Notes: generated by a model not told the origin, from the sequence alone. A stretch of 64,000 nucleotides of DNA from Microcoleus sp. (GCA_042408215.1 JAYFMW010000006.1:320001-384000); one strand, 5' to 3'; positions 1 to 11,363 are shown, counted from the first letter of the stretch. Numbers and translations are program-made.

Positions 1-1399
1 TTTCCGTCTCAGATTCCGGCTGAACTTCCAAACCCAAAACCGCCGCCAAACTAACCAATGTCACCCACTTTTGCTGTATCAATTCCGCAGCAGTTTCAGT
101 TTTACCTTGATGCACCAAAACATTGCCTTCCTTGCCCAATTCCTTAGCCAATTCAAACAGCACAGTCAAAGCACCAGGAGTATTAAAATCATCATCCATA
201 GCTGCTTGAAAATGCTGCACCAATGTGCTATTTTGTCCAGTAAATTTATCTATTTTCTCAACATCCCAACCCAATTTAGATCCATGTTGACTGCCAAAAA
301 GTAAGCCTTCCTTAAGAGTATGCCAGCCATTTTTAGCACTAGCGATCGCCTCTTCGGTAAAATCAATTTGACTGCGGTACTGCGCCATTAATACAAATAG
401 CCTCACCGCCATCGGTTCCACCGCTTTTGCATTCTCGCTTCCCTCCTTCTTACTCCCCCCCTGCGTAGGGGCGGTGCCCCCGTGCCCGCCCTGGGCTGCG
501 GGGGGGTTAGATTCAATATCGCTCGACCAATTCCCATCCAACAAATCGCGAATTGTAATAAAATTGTGCAAAGACTTAGACATCTTTTTGCCGTTGACAG
601 TCACAAAAGCATTGTGCATCCAATAATTAGCAAGGGACTTCCCCGTCACCGCTTCAGATTGAGCAATTTCGTTCTCGTGGTGGGGAAAAGTTAAATCGGA
701 ACCGCCACAGTGAATGTCAATAGTTTCGCCCAAGCAATCGCGCACCATTGCCGAACATTCAATGTGCCATCCAGGGCGACCATTTCCCCACGGTGACTCC
801 CAAGCAGGTTCACCGGGTTTAGCGCTTTTCCACAGGGCAAAATCAGACGGATCTCGCTTTTTTTGAGCTTCTATTTCTTCGGTTTCTAATCTACCGCTAG
901 CCCCAGCCTGCATTTCTTCCAACTTGCGGCCGGAAAGTTTTCCGTATTCGGAAAACTGCCTAACGTTGTAGTAAACGTCGCCGCCAGACGCATAAGCATA
1001 GCCTTTATTTTCTAACTCGTGAATTAGCCTTTTTATGCCGTCCATTGTGTGAGTTGCGCGGGGATATTCATCGGCCCTAAGAATATTTAGCTTGTCCATA
1101 TCTGCAAAATATTCATCTATGAAGCGTTCCGCCACGGCTTCCATTGTGGAATTAGTTTCGCGGGCGCGGTTGAGAATTTTGTCGTCAATATCTGTAAAAT
1201 TCTGCACGTAGCGGACATCAAATCCGCGCCACATCAGATAGCGGCGCACCATGTCCCACACAATGTAAGCGCGGGCGTGGCCGACGTGGCAGTAATCGTA
1301 TACCGTAACACCGCAGCAGTACATCCGCACCTTTCCTGGTTCGAGGGGCTCAAAAGGTGATTCGCGACGGGTCAAGCTGTTGTAAAGCGTTAGGGGCAT
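1..1399 (-). CDS. cysS: Cysteine--tRNA ligase (3' end runs off the window)
   Basis: Manual translation from ATG at 1399: [18 protein letters not shown]...[17 protein letters not shown] (HIGH-like), [19 protein letters not shown] and KMSKS. Absent from the ORF track because there is no stop in the window. Confidence 0.96.
   Translation of the reverse strand, partial: MPLTLYNSLTRRESPFEPLEPGKVRMYCCGVTVYDYCHVGHARAYIVWDMVRRYLMWRGFDVRYVQNFTDIDDKILNRARETNSTMEAVAERFIDEYFADMDKLNILRADEYPRATHTMDGIKRLIHELENKGYAYASGGDVYYNVRQFSEYGKLSGRKLEEMQAGASGRLETEEIEAQKKRDPSDFALWKSAKPGEPAWESPWGNGRPGWHIECSAMVRDCLGETIDIHCGGSDLTFPHHENEIAQSEAVTGKSLANYWMHNAFVTVNGKKMSKSLHNFITIRDLLDGNWSSDIESNPPAAQGGHGGTAPTQGGSKKEGSENAKAVEPMAVRLFVLMAQYRSQIDFTEEAIASAKNGWHTLKEGLLFGSQHGSKLGWDVEKIDKFTGQNSTLVQHFQAAMDDDFNTPGALTVLFELAKELGKEGNVLVHQGKTETAAELIQQKWVTLVSLAAVLGLEVQPESETE
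465..491 (+). repeat. GTAG-type REP palindrome inside the cysS coding sequence
   Basis: GTAGGGGCGGTGCCCCCGTGCCCGCCC; related intergenic copies at 3924-3960 and 3997-4024. Confidence 0.8.
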
Positions 1400-1637
1400 G
1401 GGATTTGAGATTTGGGATTGATGTACTGCTCTAATTTATTATATTGCTGTTGGTGAATCTTTCGGTGTCACTACCAAACATCTGTTATTCAAACTCCTAA
1501 ATTTTCTTTACTCTAATGTTCAAAAAGTGTTTCTAGCGATCGCAATTCTGACTCCGTAAAATGTGATTAATGCTTTTCACCTTCACTCCTCCAGCAGACA
1601 CAGCCGAAAGTTTTCCAGTTTGTGATGTGCCCCAAGA

Positions 1638-1736
1638 TACAGTATTCCAGGTTTACGAAGTAGGTCACCAGACAATCGTGTCCCTACGGCGGGGATCGAT
1701 CGCGCGGTGTCCTTCATCAACGTGGAATCTGCTGTA
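1638..1736. mobile_element. Short MITE-like element (outer-shell family, minimal form)
   Basis: Inverted ends TACAG..TATTCCAGGTTTACGAAG / CTTCATCAACGTGGAATCTGCTGTA; the same ends occur at 55821-56263 and 60633-60958. Confidence 0.7.
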
Positions 1737-2351
1737 TATCTATTCTCAACGATCGCCCGCCCTTCCCCAGACTCATCAAAAAGCCCGTGAAACCCAGCTA
1801 TCCCGTGGGGAATCACCCACTGTCGCCAATATGTCACCAAATCTTGACATCCGTTTCAACACCGCTCCCCAAATTGCCAGAATGTCAATATTCCCTGACA
1901 TATTGATCCCCAAAATCACGAAAATGCGTATAAGTACCCATAATTTAGGGAAAAGACCTCTTGACCAGACGGCAAATTGTCTGCAAGACTAAATCATGAC
2001 AAAGCGATCCCAAAGAAATGTTGTGATTAAGCATTTCTATAAGTCAAGTAGCGTGGGATCTGCGCTCAACAGCGTTGTAGTATCGATCGCACTTACTAAA
2101 TCGATCTGGTCAGTCAAGAATCGGGGAAAAAGCTTTAGTTAGACCGGATGTAGCGCGCCGAAGCCAACAAGTTATAGCCCCCGCATTGGGGACTTAACTA
2201 AGTGAAAACAATCCAGGCTTCACAGGTGAGAGAGATGCGGAAGCTCTAGCATATTTGCAATTAAAAGAGTTTCGTTTCTCACTCATGTCAACACCATTGG
2301 TGTTACGAGACAAACCTAACCCGCCATCCAAAATTAGTGGAGAACAAATTT

Positions 2352-3614
2352 ATGGTCAAAGAACGTCCACCATTAGAAGATATGACTTTGCGCCAACTAC
2401 GCAGAGTTGCTAGTGAATGTGGAGTTTCTCGCTACAGCCGGATGCGTAAGTCGCAACTCCTGGCATCTATTCAAGAAATTCAACTTACCAAATTTACATA
2501 CAGTCCATCTCGTAAATTAGAGGCACAAGAAACAGTGGAAGCAGCAAAATTTGAACTAGGTCAAGAAGATCAAACAGGCGGTCCTCTATCGTCTGTCGAT
2601 GAAGGTTTAGCAGATTTGCCCAATGGGTATGGCGAAAGCCGCGTGGTGTTGATGCCCCGTGACCCCGAATGGGCTTACACATACTGGGATATTCCTAACG
2701 ATCGCAAAGAAGAAATGCGCCGCCAAGGTGGACAGCAACTCGCCCTGCGGATCTACGACGTTACAGATGTTAACCTCGACACTCAAAGCCCGCACAGCAT
2801 TCAAGAATATCCCTGCGACGAACTGGCCCGGGAATGGTACGTGCCAATCCCAGTGAGCGATCGGGATTATGCGATCGACATCGGCTACCGATGCGCCGAC
2901 GGACGCTGGTTGGTATTAGCGCGATCGGCCGAAGTCCGCGTCCCGCCCATCTATCCCAGCGACTGGATCGAAGACCAATTCATCACCCTCGACTGGGAAG
3001 AAGACTTACGCGGCAAAACCTTCGCCGAACTGGTTCCTCCAGCCAAGAAAATCGCTGCATCAGCAGTCGGCGCTTACAGCACCGGTAACGCGATCTACGA
3101 ACAAATCTTCGGCCTGGCCGAATCCGCCGAAGCCCTGCGCGTAGCTGGTTCCATCTTCGGTTCCATGCAACACGTCGCCGGTTCGATCCAACAAGTCGGC
3201 ATCCACGAACAAGCTATCAGTTCCTACGTCTTCCCTTCCGGCGTTGGAATGTGGGCAGTTCCCACCATGTCCGGCCTCACGATGTCCGGTGCGGGTATGT
3301 CTATGTCTGGAGTTGGCTTCGCCGCCCCGATGCGCCCGCGTCAGTTCTGGTTAGTTGCTGATGCCGAACTGATCGTCTACGGTGCCACTGAACCCGACGC
3401 GAAAGTCTATGTGGGCGGACAGCCGATCAAACTCAATGCTGACGGAACTTTCCGCTTCCAGATGTCTTTCCAAGATGGCTTAATCGACTATCCGATTTTT
3501 GCAGTAGCCGCAGACGGCGAACAAAACCGCGCCATCCACATGAAATTCGAGCGCGAAACCCCTGAACGTCGCACAAATACTAAAGAAGATGCTGTTGTTG
3601 AATGGCTTGGCTAA
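2352..3614 (+). CDS. Rho termination factor N-terminal domain / DUF4912 protein
   Basis: N-terminal LEDMTLRQLRRVASECGVSRYSRMRKSQL (Rho_N-like) and LMPRDPEWAYTYWD motif of the cyanobacterial DUF4912 family. Confidence 0.88.
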   Translation: MVKERPPLEDMTLRQLRRVASECGVSRYSRMRKSQLLASIQEIQLTKFTYSPSRKLEAQETVEAAKFELGQEDQTGGPLSSVDEGLADLPNGYGESRVVLMPRDPEWAYTYWDIPNDRKEEMRRQGGQQLALRIYDVTDVNLDTQSPHSIQEYPCDELAREWYVPIPVSDRDYAIDIGYRCADGRWLVLARSAEVRVPPIYPSDWIEDQFITLDWEEDLRGKTFAELVPPAKKIAASAVGAYSTGNAIYEQIFGLAESAEALRVAGSIFGSMQHVAGSIQQVGIHEQAISSYVFPSGVGMWAVPTMSGLTMSGAGMSMSGVGFAAPMRPRQFWLVADAELIVYGATEPDAKVYVGGQPIKLNADGTFRFQMSFQDGLIDYPIFAVAADGEQNRAIHMKFERETPERRTNTKEDAVVEWLG

Positions 3615-3745
3615 CAGCAATGGTCGATCGATCGGGGGGCGATCCCGCAGGTTTGTGCCAATTTTTTAACCATCACAAGGCTTAACCCGGACATCTGATG
3701 ATTTGCTAGGGTTAATCCCAGACAACAACCCATAACACCCCCTAT

Positions 3746-3780
3746 ACACCGTTCTCCTGTTTTGAGGAGCGGTGTTTTTT
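3746..3780 (+). terminator. Rho-independent terminator
   Basis: ACACCGTTCTC...GAGGAGCGGTGT stem followed by a T-run, downstream of the DUF4912 gene. Confidence 0.65.
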
Positions 3781-3798
3781 GTATCCAGAAACAATCTA

Positions 3799-4862
3799 CG
3801 GGTAGGGACGTGCCGATTCGTGTCAACAACCAGGCTTAAATTCATCATAAATCTCGCTTGTAGTCGAGTCTCGATCCCCCCTAGCCCCCAGGGCGGTTTC
3901 ATTCTCGGAAAAACCGCGATTTTGTAGGGGTAGTGCGACCCCTACTCCCCGTGCCTACCCCCCTTACCAACCATCGAATGAGCATTTCAGGCCTCTGGGC
4001 GGGCACTCTTGGCACCGCCCCTACAAGAGAATGAAACCGCCCTGCCCTAGCCCCCCTTCTTAAGGGGGGGACAAGAGCAACGGAGGACACGGCAGTGCCC
4101 ATAGGTGTCAACAATCGCCTAAAACCCATAATAAATGTCGCTTTTAGGCGAAGTCTAGATCCCCCTAAATCCCCCTTAAGAAGGGGGACTTTGATCGAAC
4201 TCTTATCCCCCCCTTCTTAAGGGGGGTTAGGGGGGATCTGGGACTAATGGTCAAACAGCAATCTGTGACTGGGTTTAACGTTAAGTTGACACCAATAGGC
4301 AGTGCCGTGTCCCTACGATTATTTTGGGGTAGGGAAACGGCACTGCCCATAGGTGTCAACTTAAGCCTGAAACCCTTGGTATCTCTTGCTTTTACCTAAG
4401 TCTAGATCCCCCTAAATCCCCCTTAAGAAGGGGGACTTTGAGAAGACTCCTGTCCCCCCCTTCTTAAGGGGGAGTAGGGGGCAAGAATGCGGGGGGATCT
4501 AGATTTAATAGTCAAACAGCAGTCTCTGACTGGGTTTGAGCTTAAGTTGACACCAATGGGCACTGCCGTGTCCCTACGATTATTTTGGGGTAGGGAAACG
4601 GCACTGCCCATAGGTGTCAACTTAAGCCTGAAACCCTTGGTATCTCTTGCTTTTACCTAAGTCTAGATCCCCCTAAATCCCCCTTAAGAAGGGGGACTTT
4701 GAGAAGACTCCTGTCCCCCCCTTCTTAAGGGGGGCTAGGGGGGATCTAGATTTAATAGTCAAACAGCAGTCTCTGACTGGGTTTGAGCTTAAGTTGACAC
4801 CAATGGGCACTGCCGTGTCCTGATTATGGGTAATATTAATTCCGATGCAACCAGATTTGATA
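3799..4862. repeat. REP/MITE cluster with three tandem ~197-bp MITEs (4100-4297, 4348-4558, 4609-4805)
   Basis: TIRs CATAGGTGTCAACTTAAG / CTTAAGTTGACACCAATG, internal CCCCCTTAAGAAGGGGG hairpins, and 9-bp direct repeats GGCA(G/C)TGCC. Confidence 0.85.
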
Positions 4863-5214
4863 TTAGGGCGATCGGAAGGACTGTGGACTATCTCAATATC
4901 TATCTGTAGATAGATGTTTATTTAACTCCCAAAACAACTACTTAAATCCTCTTTTGCACTCTGCACTCCCGCATTATTAAGTAAGCTTAAGTTAACTTAA
5001 ATTTTTATTACACAAACTCGCTAAAACCCGCGAAACAACAGAAAGCGAGTTATCAGAGAAGTATAGCCTTTCTCAGGTAAATTAGGTGCTCATGGGCCTA
5101 GGGCCTAGGGCCTAGGGCATTGGTGGTTCCTTTTCCCGATCCGATCAGAATACAGAATCAATATTCTACCTTCTTCCTTCTTCCTTCAACATCCGCTATA
5201 TTTCTCAAAACCTC

Positions 5215-6534
5215 ATGCAAACAATCAACTCCCCGCCTTCATTTCGGCGGCAAAAGCGATCGACTTTGTTAGCGTTATTCGCCCTCACCCTAGCCGCCGT
5301 CTTGTTCCTATTTATCCTCCCAGCCCTCACCCAGCAACCAGTCGTACTGACAATGTTAATGCAGGGGCAAGACATTGTGAACTGGAAGCCCTTCGTCAAA
5401 GAATTTGAACAAAAAAACCCAGACATTCGCATCAACCTCATAGAAGGGCCATTCGATAGCAACCTCGTAGAAAATCTTTACACATCTGCCTTTTTGTTAG
5501 GCGATTCGCCCTACGACATCATCAACATGGATATTGTCTGGGTTCCCAAATTTGCAGCCGCCGGGTGGGTGCTCGATTTAACAAACAAAATTTCCCCCCA
5601 ACAACTCTCAAAATTTATCAAAGGTAACGTCGAAGGCGGGCGGTATCGAGGCAAACTTTACCGCATTCCCCACGCTTCCGATGCCGGAATGTTCTATTAC
5701 CGCAAAGACATTTTAGAGCAAGCTGGAATTAAACCACCCCAAACTTTTGAAGAGATGTTTACCATCTCTCAAAACTTGCAAAAACAGGGAAAAACTACAT
5801 GGGGTTATTTGTGGCAAGGCAAACAATATGAGGGAGTATCTGCGATGTTTGTCGAGGTACTAGCTGGCTTCGGTGGCTTTTGGGCAAACCCTCAAACTTT
5901 TGAAGTTGGGTTAGATAAACCGGAGGCAATTAAAGCGGTTGAATTTCTGAAAAATACGATCGCATCTGGCATTTCTCCTGCTGGTGTCACCACCTACGGC
6001 GAAGAAGAAACCAGGCTGTTGTTTCAAAGTGGTCGATCGCTGTTTTTGCGGAACTGGCCCTATGTTTGGAAGCTAGCAAATACGGCAGGATCGAAAGTTA
6101 AAGGCAAAATTGCGATCGCACCAATGCTCAGCAGTGTCGGTCAACAAGGCGGTTCCTGTTTGGGCGGCTGGGGCTGGGGAATTGCCAAAACCTCAAAACA
6201 TCCAGAACAAGCATGGAGAGCAATTAAATACCTTACCAGCGAGGAAACCCAGCGCAAATTTATTTTAGAAACCGGGTTAGTTCCCAGTTACAAATCTCTG
6301 TTTGTAGATCCAAAAATTGTCACCAAATATCCCCACTACCCGCAACTTCTCAAAGTAGTAGAACAGTCAGCTTTGCGCCCTGCCATCGCTCAATATGCTC
6401 AAGCTTCAGATATTTTGCAAAGATATTTGAGTGCAGCTTTTACCGGAAAGATGAGTTCAGAAAAAGCCATGACAACTGCTGCTAGCGAAACTCGCAATTT
6501 ATTAGGCAGTTTGAAACCAGCCAAAGTTTCATAA
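5215..6534 (+). CDS. Carbohydrate ABC transporter substrate-binding protein
   Basis: SBP_bac_1-like sequence (DIVWVPKFAAAGW, RNWPYVW); first gene of a four-gene ABC cluster. Confidence 0.9.
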   Translation: MQTINSPPSFRRQKRSTLLALFALTLAAVLFLFILPALTQQPVVLTMLMQGQDIVNWKPFVKEFEQKNPDIRINLIEGPFDSNLVENLYTSAFLLGDSPYDIINMDIVWVPKFAAAGWVLDLTNKISPQQLSKFIKGNVEGGRYRGKLYRIPHASDAGMFYYRKDILEQAGIKPPQTFEEMFTISQNLQKQGKTTWGYLWQGKQYEGVSAMFVEVLAGFGGFWANPQTFEVGLDKPEAIKAVEFLKNTIASGISPAGVTTYGEEETRLLFQSGRSLFLRNWPYVWKLANTAGSKVKGKIAIAPMLSSVGQQGGSCLGGWGWGIAKTSKHPEQAWRAIKYLTSEETQRKFILETGLVPSYKSLFVDPKIVTKYPHYPQLLKVVEQSALRPAIAQYAQASDILQRYLSAAFTGKMSSEKAMTTAASETRNLLGSLKPAKVS

Positions 6535-6540
6535 CTTCTC

Positions 6541-6776
6541 GATCCCCCCTAACCCCCCTTAATAAGGGGGGACTGGAACATTCAAAGTCTTCTTTAAAAA
6601 GGGGAGAACTGGAACGTTCAAAGTCAACCCCTACTCCCCTTATTAAGGGGGATTTAGGGGGATCGCGCAGTCGCCTACAAGCGAAAAAAAAGGGGAGAAC
6701 TGGAACGTTCAAAGTCAACCCCTACTCCCCTTATTAAGGGGGATTTAGGGGGATCGCGCAGTCGCCTACAAGCGAA
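6541..6776. repeat. REP-like hairpin element with a 91-bp tandem duplication
   Basis: GATCCCCCCTAACCCCCCTTAATAAGGGGGG arm; unit AAAAAGGGGAGAACTGGAACG...CCTACAAGCGAAA present twice. Confidence 0.8.
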
Positions 6777-6815
6777 AGATACAAATTCCCCTGATTAATA
6801 TCAAACGATAAAAAA

Positions 6816-7730
6816 GTGAAAAATATGACAGACACAATGCGACAGCGCGAACAAAGAACCGGATGGATATTAGTAACCCCAGCTTTAATAATCCTGCTGC
6901 TAGTATTTGCTTACCCAATCTTGCGCGCTTTTTGGTTAAGTTTATTCACCCAAAACCTCGGTACTGAATTGAAACTGGTTTTTTCCGGTTTTGCTAATTA
7001 CAGCCGAATGTTAGGCGACGGGCGTTTCTGGCAAACTTTGAGCAACACAACAGTATTTACCGTTGCTTCTGTGGTGATGGAATTAATTCTCGGTATGGGA
7101 ATTGCCTTAGTATTAAATCAATCTTTCCCTGGGCGCGGGATTGTGCGGACAATTTCTCTGCTACCTTGGGCACTGCCAACTGCATTGATGGGAGTAGCTT
7201 GGGCATGGGTTTTTAACGATCAATATGGCGTAGTTAACGACATTTTGATGCGTTTGGGATTGATTCAAAATAGCATTAATTGGCTGGGAGATCCGACTTT
7301 GGCAATGATGGCAGTTATTACAGCAGATGTCTGGAAAACTACGCCGTTTGTCAGCTTGCTTTTATTAGCTGGATTGCAATCAATTCCCGCTGATTTGTAT
7401 GAAGCTCACGCCATTGATGGTGCTAGTAAATGGCAAAGTTTTCGTCAAGTTACCTTGCCGCTGCTAATGCCGCAAATTGTGATTGCTTTGCTATTTCGAT
7501 TTGCTCAATCTTTCGGCATTTTTGACTTGATTCAGGTGATGACAGGAGGGGGACCAGCCGGGGGGACGGAGACGGTTTCTATCTACATTTACAGCACGGT
7601 AATGAGATATTTAGACTTTGGTTACGGGGCGGCTTTGGTGGTGTGTACTTTTTTGTTGTTAGTAGCAGCAGTTGCGATCGCAGCTTACTTATTATCGAGA
7701 TACCGCGTCAATACAAACGGAGAAAATTAA
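6816..7730 (+). CDS. Sugar ABC transporter permease
   Basis: Hydrophobic TM segments and EAA-type loop LYEAHAIDGA. Confidence 0.92.
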   Translation: MKNMTDTMRQREQRTGWILVTPALIILLLVFAYPILRAFWLSLFTQNLGTELKLVFSGFANYSRMLGDGRFWQTLSNTTVFTVASVVMELILGMGIALVLNQSFPGRGIVRTISLLPWALPTALMGVAWAWVFNDQYGVVNDILMRLGLIQNSINWLGDPTLAMMAVITADVWKTTPFVSLLLLAGLQSIPADLYEAHAIDGASKWQSFRQVTLPLLMPQIVIALLFRFAQSFGIFDLIQVMTGGGPAGGTETVSIYIYSTVMRYLDFGYGAALVVCTFLLLVAAVAIAAYLLSRYRVNTNGEN

Positions 7731-7733
7731 ATT

Positions 7734-8597
7734 ATGTCCATAGCCCGCGAACAACCTACTCAAAAGCCTTTTCACATCCGGCAATTAATTGTCCCCATAT
7801 CGGCGCTGTTAATTGCCGCATATTTTCTCGCACCTATTATCTGGCAGGTGCTGACTTCTTTCAAAGTAAATGCAGATATTGCTGCTATTCCCAACGTCTA
7901 CATTCCCAAGCAAATTACTTTCGAGCATTACCTGTCTTTATTCCGCCGTCGCCCCTTTGCACTCTACATTTTAAATAGCGCTTTTGTGTCCATTACTTCT
8001 ACACTCTTGTGTTTGGCAGTAGGATCACCCGCAGCTTATGCTTTGGCGAGATTGCGACTGTGGGGCGAGAGAATTATGCTGGCAACTATTACGATTGTGA
8101 CGCTATTTCCAGCGGTGCTGCTATTTTTAGGACTGTTGGAAATTGTCAAAGCGTTAAATTTAGGCAATAATTATTTAGCCTTAATTATTCCTGACACTGC
8201 TATCAATTTGCCGCTGACTATTTTAGTGATGCGGAGTTTCTTTCAGCAGTTGCCAAAAGATTTGGAAGATGCGGCTAAGGTGGATGGATATAACACTTTT
8301 CAAATGCTGTGGCAGATTGTGCTGCCGATGACATTTCCGGCTTTAGTCACGACTGGAATTCTGACGTTTATTTCTGCTTGGAACGAGTTTATTTTTGCAC
8401 TGACATTTATGACTCGCGAATCTCTGAAAACTATTCCTGTAGCAACGGCTCAACTCAGTGGTGTGTCGGTATTTGAGATTCCCTATGGTCCGATCGCCGC
8501 CGCCACCGTGTTAGGAACATTACCCTTAGTTTTCCTAGTTTTAGTGTTCCAGCGGCGCATCGTTCAAGGTTTAACTGCGGGTGCAGTAAAAGGATAG
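7734..8597 (+). CDS. Sugar ABC transporter permease
   Basis: LEDAAKVDG EAA loop, WNEF motif and GLTAGAVKG C-terminus (MalG-like). Confidence 0.92.
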   Translation: MSIAREQPTQKPFHIRQLIVPISALLIAAYFLAPIIWQVLTSFKVNADIAAIPNVYIPKQITFEHYLSLFRRRPFALYILNSAFVSITSTLLCLAVGSPAAYALARLRLWGERIMLATITIVTLFPAVLLFLGLLEIVKALNLGNNYLALIIPDTAINLPLTILVMRSFFQQLPKDLEDAAKVDGYNTFQMLWQIVLPMTFPALVTTGILTFISAWNEFIFALTFMTRESLKTIPVATAQLSGVSVFEIPYGPIAAATVLGTLPLVFLVLVFQRRIVQGLTAGAVKG

Positions 8598-8722
8598 TCA
8601 TTAGTCATTAGTCATTAGTCATTAGTCAAGAACATTAATCCGTATATCCGTGTTTATCCATATCGTATTGTTCTTACCAATTCCCAATTCCCAATTCCCC
8701 ATTACCAATTCCCCATTCCATT

Positions 8723-9802
8723 ATGTCAAAACTAGAACTAAAAAACCTCAATAAAACCTACAACCCCAAAGTTGTTCCCGTAAAAGACATTAGTTTAGAT
8801 GTCAGCGAAGGAGAATTTCTGACACTACTGGGGCCGTCGGGGTGCGGCAAATCCACGACACTGCGGTTGATTGCAGGATTGGAACAGCCGACTAGGGGCG
8901 AGATTAGAATCGGCGATCGCAATGTCACTGATCTCAGACCGGGCGATCGGGATATCGCAATGGTTTTTCAAAGTTACGCGCTGTACCCACACATGACAGT
9001 ATACGAAAATATGGCATCAAGTCTCAAAATTCGCAAAATTTCCTCTGCCGAAATCAACAGATTAGTGACGGAAGTTGCACAATCCCTCGGATTGACAGAA
9101 TTAGTCGATCGCAAACCGGGTCAACTATCAGGAGGACAGCGGCAGCGAGTCGCCCTCGGACGCGCTTTAGTGCGCCAGCCGGCGGTGTTTTTGCTAGACG
9201 AACCTTTGAGCAATCTCGATGCTTTATTGCGGGAAAAAGTTAGGGGAGAACTCAAACAATTGTTTGCGTCACAAAAAGCCCCTGTAGTTTACGTTACTCA
9301 CGACCAAACAGAAGCCATGACACTTTCTACAAAAATCGCAGTTCTCAACAACGGTAGCCTACAGCAGTTAGACCCGCCACACCTAATTTATACCCGTCCA
9401 GCCAATCAATTTGTAGCAGGTTTTGTGGGCAGTCCGCAGATGAATTTGCTAGTGCTTAAATGTCAGGGCAATTTTGCGATGTTGGGCAATTTTCCAGTCC
9501 CCTTGCCGAATCTGCCGACGGTGCCGCCAGAAATTGTGCTGGGAATTCGCCCGGAGCACGTCAGTTTTGCTGAGGGGACGGAGGCGGGCGAGACAACCAT
9601 TAAAGGCGAGGTTTATTTAGTGGAAAATCTGGGAATGCAGAATTTAGTTAGCATCCGAGTTAAAGGTTTGGAGTCAGTAACAGTGCGGGCTTTGCAGCCT
9701 GGTGACAAAAATTGGAATTCGTCCATTGTCGAGCTAATTTTTCCGCCTCGGTTAATACATTGGTTTGATGTCAAGACTGGCGATCGACTTCCGGATTTTT
9801 GA
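8723..9802 (+). CDS. Sugar ABC transporter ATP-binding protein (MalK-like)
   Basis: GPSGCGKST, LSGGQRQR, LLDEPLSNLD and VTHDQ motifs. Confidence 0.95.
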   Translation: MSKLELKNLNKTYNPKVVPVKDISLDVSEGEFLTLLGPSGCGKSTTLRLIAGLEQPTRGEIRIGDRNVTDLRPGDRDIAMVFQSYALYPHMTVYENMASSLKIRKISSAEINRLVTEVAQSLGLTELVDRKPGQLSGGQRQRVALGRALVRQPAVFLLDEPLSNLDALLREKVRGELKQLFASQKAPVVYVTHDQTEAMTLSTKIAVLNNGSLQQLDPPHLIYTRPANQFVAGFVGSPQMNLLVLKCQGNFAMLGNFPVPLPNLPTVPPEIVLGIRPEHVSFAEGTEAGETTIKGEVYLVENLGMQNLVSIRVKGLESVTVRALQPGDKNWNSSIVELIFPPRLIHWFDVKTGDRLPDF

Positions 9803-10158
9803 ATCCTGTCAAATCAGTTGAATATCTTGCATCGAGGGATAATTAGGAGGCAGATTCTCCGTCGTTGCATTCCCCGTCAGAGCCTGGTAACGATACTTAT
9901 GAAACTAGCCATAAACACAATTAAGCTATTAATCAAATTAGCGAAATCTACAAGAAAAATTTTCAGCAAGAGTCGGTGCTGCTGGCAACCAGCGAAGTCA
10001 AAGTCTCTTTCTATTTTTTTACTTGACTCAGGCAGTTTTATGATATCATTGACGTAATTCAAGGTCATGCTCTCAAAAACAACAAGGGTGCAGGTGCTGT
10101 GAAAAATCATAGTTTGTGGGTATCGATCGCACCATGCAAAAAATATCTAGTAAAACCG

Positions 10159-10400
10159 GCCCGGGAGAAAACAAAAACATGATGAACGACGCCAATCAAA
10201 AAGATGAACCGCCTGAAAGCGAGGATGTGAAAAATTTGGATGCCCTAGGGAAAGCTTTTATTGTGCAAATGGCTTGGTCTTACGCAGAGGCATTAGAGCG
10301 CACCCAACAAAAACACGATCAAAATCAACAGGAACCAGCGCCGGAATCTCAACCAGAATCTGAGGCGGAACCAGTCGATCGCCCTTGTGAAAAAAATTAA
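10159..10400 (+). CDS. Small acidic hypothetical protein
   Basis: Open frame with a plausible composition; start uncertain (10116, 10134 or 10159); no motif recognised. Confidence 0.45.
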
Positions 10401-10725
10401 TGATTAGACTAAGCTCTCCCGCATCTAAATTGTATTTTTGGGGCGGGCGGGACACCCCACAAGAAAATTTAATTTTTGTGGAACAAGCCGAAAACCCTGT
10501 TCCTGACAGAGGTGCAAGATGTCAGAAAAATCAACTCACTGACAGCGAACTGTTCCGATACAGCCGGATTTGAGCCGATGGGGAATTCGGCAAATTTCCT
10601 GGCATCAGAGCGATTGTGATGAGTGCTTAAATCTATTTCCATCCCCAAAAGGGATTTAAACTAAACAATGTACGGTTTTACCGTTACAGTGTACAAAAGA
10701 AATCACCAATTTTGATCTCGGTCTC

Positions 10726-11241
10726 ATGTCTAATTCAAAAATGATTGGCAAAGCGATCGCAGGTGGCATAAGCTTCGGCATCCTCGCCAGCTTCAACGCC
10801 TCACTCGGCCCCGTATCCGCAGCCGCAGCCGCACCAAAAATTGCCGAAGTAGCCGCCCCGGCCACCAGCAACATCGACCAGCAACTTCTAGGCCAATGGC
10901 AAGGAACAATCCCTTCGGGTCAGTCTTTCACCTTCGTCTTTGCCCCAGAAGGCAAATTGTTTATGATGGCTAAAGGCCCCGACGGGGCAGCCCGCGCCAA
11001 AGAAATGAGGTACAAAGTGAATTTCGGTGCCAAACCAATGCACTTGGATTTCGGTCTCAGCAATACAGAAACAGTTCAGACTGTTTTTGAATTGACTCCC
11101 GAAGGTCAAATGCGCCTCCAATTGCAAGGCACTAATCCCGGACAGCCCAGACCTAATTCCTTGAATGCTGAGGCCACTGTGTTTAAAAAGGTTTCTGAAG
11201 CAACTGCATTGCCTGCTGATACTCAAGTCATCGGTTTCTGA
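10726..11241 (+). CDS. Secreted hypothetical protein
   Basis: Signal-peptide-like N-terminus followed by a beta-rich domain (LLGQWQG...PMHLD...PGQPRP). Confidence 0.75.
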   Translation: MSNSKMIGKAIAGGISFGILASFNASLGPVSAAAAAPKIAEVAAPATSNIDQQLLGQWQGTIPSGQSFTFVFAPEGKLFMMAKGPDGAARAKEMRYKVNFGAKPMHLDFGLSNTETVQTVFELTPEGQMRLQLQGTNPGQPRPNSLNAEATVFKKVSEATALPADTQVIGF

Positions 11242-11363
11242 TCAAAGTAGAAGTTTTCTGCCTTCAACAGGCACTCAAGAGCTAAAAAACAGTGACTTTG
11301 GATCGAGAAAACTATTGCAATTATTGTGGGGTGGGCACTTATATTCCGCCCCAAAGATGTTAT

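Noticed and set aside
1570..1992. ORFs 1570-1992 (+) and 1583-1840 (-)
   Set aside because: They overlap a MITE and have no recognisable motifs; probably spurious.
1993..2340. Long leader upstream of the DUF4912 gene as a possible ncRNA or riboswitch
   Set aside because: No motif I can recognise; an Rfam covariance search would be needed.
3611..4620. Short ORFs across the repeat cluster (also 6482-6718, 31017-31426, 50702-50911)
   Set aside because: They are translations of REP/MITE repeats (SPPLLRG, GDTAV-type peptides).
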